Positions 15,201-19,316 of a DNA stretch of 19,316 nt are shown one piece after another. Where the stretch lies: assembly GCA_040289575.1 (NCBI GenBank), contig PSLL01000006.1, positions 94,438-113,753 on the forward strand, in the 5' to 3' direction. Made by a program: the position numbers and the translations under genes. Each line of letters starts with the position of its first letter. Position 1 is the first letter of the stretch. The notes under the pieces were generated by a model that made no database searches, was not told the DNA's origin, and saw nothing but the letters and a program-made list of their open reading frames with translations. This DNA comes from Candidatus Dadabacteria bacterium. Its GTDB lineage: Bacteria > Desulfobacterota_D > UBA1144 > Nemesobacterales > CSP1-2.

Positions 15201-17901
15201 CAGCCCATGAATCGGGCTTTATTCCAACGAGCAATCTTGAGGGCCAGATGGGCATTCTCGTTGAGACGGTCTGCACCTCGCCGTTCGGATCTTTAAACTC
15301 AAGCTCCGCTAGTATGTCCTGAGGCGTCGAAGCCTTCGGAATATCCGTTATCTTTGCCCTCAGGGCGCCCGATTTATCAAGCACCAGATCAAGGCTCTGA
15401 ATCCTCGGTTTCTGCTGGGTTCCTTGATCGGTTTCTTCTTCATAAGAACTCCTGGAGATTCCCTCTTTAACCTCGCCGTTTGCGAATGTAAAATCCTCAT
15501 AATCCGCAAAGCCTACATACCGGGGTTGTATCTGAGTTCTTAATTTTACAGGAGCGTTCCCCGCACCTCCCCCTGAGAGGTATTTAACCAGGAGGTCAAC
15601 ATCTATAGAAGATACGTTGATAAAGGGCTCCTTGGGGGGCTGAATAATCCCCTTCATCAGCGGCACCCTAAACTCCTCTACCCTGAACGATCCCGAAGTC
15701 CAGCCATCGGGATTGTAATATCCCTCGTCTCCTTCTTCATACCCGCCGACGTCAGTTCGAGATCCAGTTTTGCTCGTCTCTTTTTTCAGGAGAACCACAT
15801 CGTATGTTCCGAGTTTTGCATCTGGCGGTACTCTCCACTCCGTCTCTGCAATGCCGTTTTCGTCGAATTTTATGGGGAATTCGTATCTCTGATTGCTCCC
15901 CTGATGCCGAATCAATATAGCCTTTGGCATTTCAGGTACCATTGAAAATCCCGACATTGTGTGATTCCTTATAATGTGCTTCATATGAACCGTCTCGCCC
16001 GCTCTCAGGAGGCTTCTATCAAATATGGTGTGGGCAATGGTCGCCCCCTGATATGATTCACTCGGAAGGTTGAATCTCCACGGCTCAATGCCGCTCTCCC
16101 AGCTTGAATGCACAAACGTCATATCGTTTGATGTCCTCGCAAATACAAATAACCCATCGCCTATACCCTCAAGCGTAGGAGACACCTCAGCGTAGTTGAC
16201 ATCCAATTTACAATGTGGGAGATTCCGCTGGGAAGGCAGCTCAGAATTTATCCTGGCAACTCCATTCTTATCGGTTCTCCCTTCCCATATCAACCCTCCA
16301 TTACAGTCCCTTATTGAAACAGAGGCGTCTTTCACAGGCTCTGCCTTATCGAGTGTTGTAACCCATACGATTGAAGATTCCCTTCCCCACTTAAAATGGG
16401 CAGAAAGATTTGTGACAAGAGCAGTTGTTGGAACGTACATAGGCTCCCTTTTCGCGAGCAAGGACGCACCTAGAATATCGCTTTCAATTTCAACAACATA
16501 AAATCCGGGGTTTTTTAATGGAATCCCGATCACCTCAAACGCCTTTTGACCGCCCGGCTTAGGGATTGAAAGCTCTTTTATCCCCTTTTCATCCTTTAAA
16601 ATAGAATCTTCACGCTTTGCCTGAGATACCTTTTTCAGCCATTCTATAATCTCTTCATCGCCGCCTGTCGAAATCTTGTGAACTCTCCCATTTAAATTCT
16701 GAGATTCGCCTTCACTTGCCTTTTCATCTTTTTTCTCTCCAATCTCGGCCATCCTCGTTTTAACCTGAGGCTCGATGTTTCTGATCGTCACGGGGAGCAC
16801 TGCATCTTCAACCTCTATAATCCCGAATCGCGCCGAAAACTTTGCAAGAGGCGGATATTCATCGGTCTTCACGACAAGGGGGAATTTATCCGAATTTGCT
16901 AAATCCCTCCCCGAATCGTCTTTTATATCCTCCGGGATTTCTATAGTGAATGACGTATTTTCAGGAAATGGACCTTTAAACGATAGCGAATCCACAAATT
17001 CGGTATTCTCCTCAACCTTAGACAGCGTGTAAACTTTGTTTTTTCCCCTTAGTATAATTTTGCTTGCATATTCCCATGGAACGGACGATGAGAAATTAAG
17101 CGTCATTGGCAATATTGGAATGCAGTTTGACCTTGGATTCTCCCTTTCGCAGTTAAACGTGGCTATAAAAGGGCCGCGAGTTTTAAAAGCGAGCACCTGA
17201 TCCCTGGTTGTTTTCACGCCGCTAAGAGACATGACGCCCTTTCCCCAGATTAAGCGAACTACTGAATTGTTCGGAAAGCTCTGTCTGGATTGAATGACAA
17301 CCTTGGGAATATCCTTGCCCCTGTTTCTCCCGCTTACCTTGAGTATCCTTTCCCTTTCCTCGCCTTTAAGAATCCTCACACCAACGCGCTCATTTATCCC
17401 TTCCACGGAGAAATAGACATTGGAGACAACCGATTCATTTTTTGGCTCGACATCGAGCATGAGAATGAATATCTGATTCTCATCAATATATTCAGAACCA
17501 TCATAGGGGTAAGACTCTTTTATTGCAGGCCCTCCTGTGGAGAATGAGAATCCCCTTTGTCCCTTTATACTCTTTCCCGAAAGGGTCTTTAGATCTGGCT
17601 TTAGGGTGAATTCACAAACCACCCCTGCCGGAATGTCTCTGCTAAAATCATAAGACCAGTTCTTCCCATCAATCCATCTCGAGTGTCCCTTTTCGGGGCA
17701 ATTAATATCAAACGGCTCCTCAAGGCGCGGCTCGCCAAAAGACACCATCTGATCCGAGAACGTGACCTTAACCTGTCTTACCTCTTTGACCGTACCACGA
17801 GGCGAAAACATCTCCACACGTGCCTCCTCTTCGGCATGTATAATGCACAAACTAGAAAACAGAGAAAAAATTAGGAACAGAAATAGAACTTTATGTCTCA
17901 A
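12202..17901 (-). CDS. Bacterial alpha-2-macroglobulin family protein (thioester type, YfhM-like)
   Basis: 1899 aa with signal peptide; FDRSLLRAGETV and FRVEEFRVP (MG2), YEPGETA, AVDEGLL, PPIVREGDRF, thioester motif YPYICMEQ, DPIPAG, PPTRVEALYSPE. TTG start after AGGAGAAGG. Linked to pbpC. Confidence 0.95.
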   Translation of the reverse strand: MRHKVLFLFLIFSLFSSLCIIHAEEEARVEMFSPRGTVKEVRQVKVTFSDQMVSFGEPRLEEPFDINCPEKGHSRWIDGKNWSYDFSRDIPAGVVCEFTLKPDLKTLSGKSIKGQRGFSFSTGGPAIKESYPYDGSEYIDENQIFILMLDVEPKNESVVSNVYFSVEGINERVGVRILKGEERERILKVSGRNRGKDIPKVVIQSRQSFPNNSVVRLIWGKGVMSLSGVKTTRDQVLAFKTRGPFIATFNCERENPRSNCIPILPMTLNFSSSVPWEYASKIILRGKNKVYTLSKVEENTEFVDSLSFKGPFPENTSFTIEIPEDIKDDSGRDLANSDKFPLVVKTDEYPPLAKFSARFGIIEVEDAVLPVTIRNIEPQVKTRMAEIGEKKDEKASEGESQNLNGRVHKISTGGDEEIIEWLKKVSQAKREDSILKDEKGIKELSIPKPGGQKAFEVIGIPLKNPGFYVVEIESDILGASLLAKREPMYVPTTALVTNLSAHFKWGRESSIVWVTTLDKAEPVKDASVSIRDCNGGLIWEGRTDKNGVARINSELPSQRNLPHCKLDVNYAEVSPTLEGIGDGLFVFARTSNDMTFVHSSWESGIEPWRFNLPSESYQGATIAHTIFDRSLLRAGETVHMKHIIRNHTMSGFSMVPEMPKAILIRHQGSNQRYEFPIKFDENGIAETEWRVPPDAKLGTYDVVLLKKETSKTGSRTDVGGYEEGDEGYYNPDGWTSGSFRVEEFRVPLMKGIIQPPKEPFINVSSIDVDLLVKYLSGGGAGNAPVKLRTQIQPRYVGFADYEDFTFANGEVKEGISRSSYEEETDQGTQQKPRIQSLDLVLDKSGALRAKITDIPKASTPQDILAELEFKDPNGEVQTVSTRMPIWPSRLLVGIKPDSWAASRDSFRFQVVVLDMQGKPVPNRSVGVDILERKYYSHRKRLVGGFYSYENVIEIKRLGSICEGKTDGKGLLICASKSPVSGNVILQARAVDDAGNISFANRDVWISGEGEWWFNASDNDRIDILPEKRRYEPGETAKFQVRMPFREANALITIEREGIIEASIKKLSGKEPVIEIPVKENYAPNVFVSVLVVRGRVGGIQPTALVDLGKPAYKLGIAEINIGWRAHELKVKVSTDKSVYKIREKIKVKIEVKTAFGGILPKGSEVAVAAVDEGLLELSPNDSWKLLDAMMGRRGYEIRTSTAQMQVVGKRHYGLKALPQGGGGGRHITRELFDTLLFWRARVPLNEKGEAYVEIPLNDSLTGFRIVAITNGSLGLFGTGETSVRTTQDLMVLSGIPPIVREGDRFKAGFTVRNASDRKMDVEVRGNIMGIKGLPAINEPLQPGEAKEIGWEITAPYGADKMIYEVMARDKDGGAEDNIRVTEKLIESIPIRVFQSTLTQIDKSFSVDIKKPEDSISGKGRINISIRPKLSNGLGGVRWYMERYPYICMEQKVSKAIALRDEALWKKIMSEMPSYLDSDGLVKYFPKMDSGSDVLTSYILSISNESKYEIPFDIKNRMMDGLMGFIEGRVIRYSSLPTADLSIRKMAALDALLRNGRGNMNLLSSISVEPNVWPTSAVIDWINVLLRIKGIPNRDRKLKEAEQIIRSRLNLQGTVIGFSTERTDYFWWLMVSDDENAVKGLLTLISFESWKEDIPRMARGVIGRLNQGHWDTTVANAWGMIAMERFSQKFESVPMTGSTISELGKRVETVDWTKSPDGEGFMFNWPEAKEKLTITHNGKGKPWATVQSLASIPLKEPFSSGYTIKKTLISIEQKLRGKWSRGDVVRIQLEIESRSDMTWVVVNDPIPAGSTILGTGLGRDSELLTSGEKRKGWVWPAFEERTFEAFRSYYEYVPKGKWTVEYTIRLNNEGVFNMPPTRVEALYSPEMLGERPNDKITVEP

Positions 17902-18163
17902 TTTCCTTCTCCTTAGGTTTATTTATTTTGAGGATTCAATGTATGAATTCTAATGCTTTCTAGTTGTTGAATCTAGTAGAGGCGAATCTTGCGGGTCACC
18001 CTAGTCTCATTAAGGGAGAGACTATATCCTCCCAGCGTTCTTGCTCTTAATTTGTATGAGGAGTAAGTTTTTCTAGCCTTGCCAAGTACCTTGAAAGAAC
18101 ACTTGAGCGAAGGCAGTAAGTAGCAAAGTTTGTGATAGACGAACCCTCAAATCTTGATTTTAG

Positions 18164-18767
18164 TCACCTTGGATAGATTTCCACTATCACTTCGAAGACA
18201 TGGTTTACTTTTGTTCGAGTACCACTCAAACCCCTAACAATTGAGGTTATATCTGGAAACCGTGACTTGAGAATACAATGCAAAATATCTTGGACATCAT
18301 ATTCATCTTCAATTGAGATTGTTTGCTTGCCCTTCCGTCTGCTAGCGAGAATTTTAGCAGACGTATCAAACATACGGATTGCCTGTTGAACCCGCGCCAG
18401 GGCCGTCTCAATACCAGGTTCCCCACGGCAGTTGGAAATTGATCTGGATAGGCTTTGTAATACTCAAGCCGTCCAATAAGACGGTTTAAAACTTAATATC
18501 GCTATTTAGACTGAAAAAACTACCTTCTTTTACAGTCCACTCAGCAGGATTATCATATTTCACTATGTGTCCGTGCCATTCTTTTCCACATGGTTCATAC
18601 ATTCCAACTGCATCAACGTACAGACGTACAAGACGTTCATAATCTATTCCTAGTTTAGTTATTTCATCTGGAGGCACATTTTCCCCTTCTCTGCTAGCAT
18701 CACAAATAGATACCATTTGACCTCGGTATGTAGTGACATCGTTAATTGCCACATCATAATCTATCAA
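18164..18767 (-). pseudogene. Decayed PD-(D/E)XK nuclease gene (REase_DpnII-MboI-like C-terminal domain)
   Basis: ORFs 18767-18486 and 18373-18164 can be joined by two single-base frameshifts (~18493 and the G-run at 18421-18424) via VLNRLIGRLEYYKAYPDQFPTAVG/EPGIETALARVQQAIR. RRKGKQTISIEDEYDVQDILHCILKSRFPDI is the family signature, but the catalytic core that should follow is absent. GGAGGA RBS precedes the TTG at 18767. Confidence 0.68.
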
Positions 18768-18787
18768 GACACTGTCCTCCTCTCTCT

Positions 18788-18820
18788 ATTATATCTCAAA
18801 AAACAATAAGTTCTCGTCAA
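18788..18820 (-). promoter_or_regulatory. Possible promoter of the nuclease gene: TTGACG ... TATAAT (21 nt spacer)
   Basis: Perfect TATAAT at 18793-18788 just upstream of the RBS. TTGACG at 18820-18815 lies inside a TTCTC-n5-GAGAA inverted repeat. The spacer is too long for a standard sigma70 promoter. Confidence 0.3.
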
Positions 18821-18871
18821 GAGAAAACTTTCTTTTTAATTGTTCACTTTTCACAAATATTGATTTCAGAT

Positions 18872-19316
18872 TTACGAAGTAAAATCACTTCCGTAAAGTT
18901 TCCTAATTCTTTCTATATCATCAGGACTAAGCTCAGCTTCCGCCGCACTTATGTTTTCCTCTACCTGTTTCACTGTTTTTGCTCCTGGAATAACAACGGA
19001 TACGGCTTTGTGGGAAAGAGAGAACCTTAAAGCTGCTTGAACAAAAGTTTGACCCCCTTTTTCTAGAAATTTTAATTTACCGACCTTTCGCGCCCCATCC
19101 TCTAAGAATTTCTTACTCCATCCGTGTCTGTGGTCGGTTTTTGGGAATTTTGAATTCTCATTGTATTTTCCCGTAAGGAGTCCGCTAGCAAGAGGCTCAC
19201 GTGCAATAATTCCTATATCGTTTTCCAATGCAATGGGAAATAGCCTCTCTTCCGCCTCCTGATCCAGAATATTGTATATAACCTGAATTGTGTCCAGCTT
19301 TCCCGTCTTTATCGCC
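18872..19316 (-). CDS. Aldo/keto reductase, 5' end beyond the window edge
   Basis: Frame is open to the right edge: ...LDTIQVIYNILDQEAEERLFPIALENDIGIIAREPLASGLLTGKY...QAALRFSLSHKAVSVVIPGAKTVKQVEENISA. These are the typical AKR NADPH-binding motifs. Confidence 0.93.
   Translation of the reverse strand, partial: AIKTGKLDTIQVIYNILDQEAEERLFPIALENDIGIIAREPLASGLLTGKYNENSKFPKTDHRHGWSKKFLEDGARKVGKLKFLEKGGQTFVQAALRFSLSHKAVSVVIPGAKTVKQVEENISAAEAELSPDDIERIRKLYGSDFTS

Noticed and set aside
17976..18024. GTAG-headed REP-like sequence and adjacent TAGTCTC/GAGACTA hairpin
   Set aside because: Single copy with a poor palindrome, no RAYT transposase and no U-tract; compatible with chance.
2218..18828. Shared 11-mer CAAGAGAAAAC at 2218-2228 and 18818-18828, each upstream of a TATAAT
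   Set aside because: The distances to the -10 box differ, the downstream genes are unrelated, and the sequence is low complexity; likely coincidence.
1376..19030. All plus-strand ORFs in the track (62-115 aa) and the minus-strand alternative-frame ORFs 778-966 and 17762-17953
   Set aside because: They lie wholly or largely over well-supported minus-strand genes and show no recognisable motifs; treated as shadow ORFs.
1..19316. CRISPR array, tRNA/rRNA, riboswitch, IS element
   Set aside because: No regularly spaced repeats, cloverleaf or rRNA-like sequence, recognisable cobalamin riboswitch motifs or transposase ORF were seen by eye. Intergenic gaps are all under 300 bp.

Overview
Bacterial genomic window with every credible gene on the minus strand. 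In transcription order (right to left) it holds: (i) the 3' half of an aldo/keto reductase; (ii) a decayed PD-(D/E)XK nuclease gene of the REase_DpnII-MboI type, with two frameshifts and an apparent internal deletion; (iii) a thioester-type alpha-2-macroglobulin and pbpC, normally adjacent, here separated by a ~1.7 kb insert carrying a DUF2281/PIN type II toxin-antitoxin pair and a frameshifted uracil-DNA-glycosylase-superfamily gene; (iv) an ~8 kb uncharacterised biosynthetic or modification cluster that runs off the left edge. That cluster encodes a PRK07208-type FAD oxidoreductase fused to a membrane domain, a stand-alone paralogue of that membrane domain, a pseudogenised methyltransferase, and an AT-richer, tightly coupled nitroreductase / cysteate-synthase-like PLP enzyme / atypical DRE-TIM (homocitrate-synthase-like) trio. 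It ends with a cobalamin-dependent radical SAM enzyme and a methyltransferase with a non-canonical SAM-binding motif. The left cluster, especially the PLP + DRE-TIM + nitroreductase trio with altered active-site motifs, is the best candidate for an undescribed system. No rRNA, tRNA, CRISPR array or transposase was seen. All family assignments come from motif recognition by eye, not database searches.
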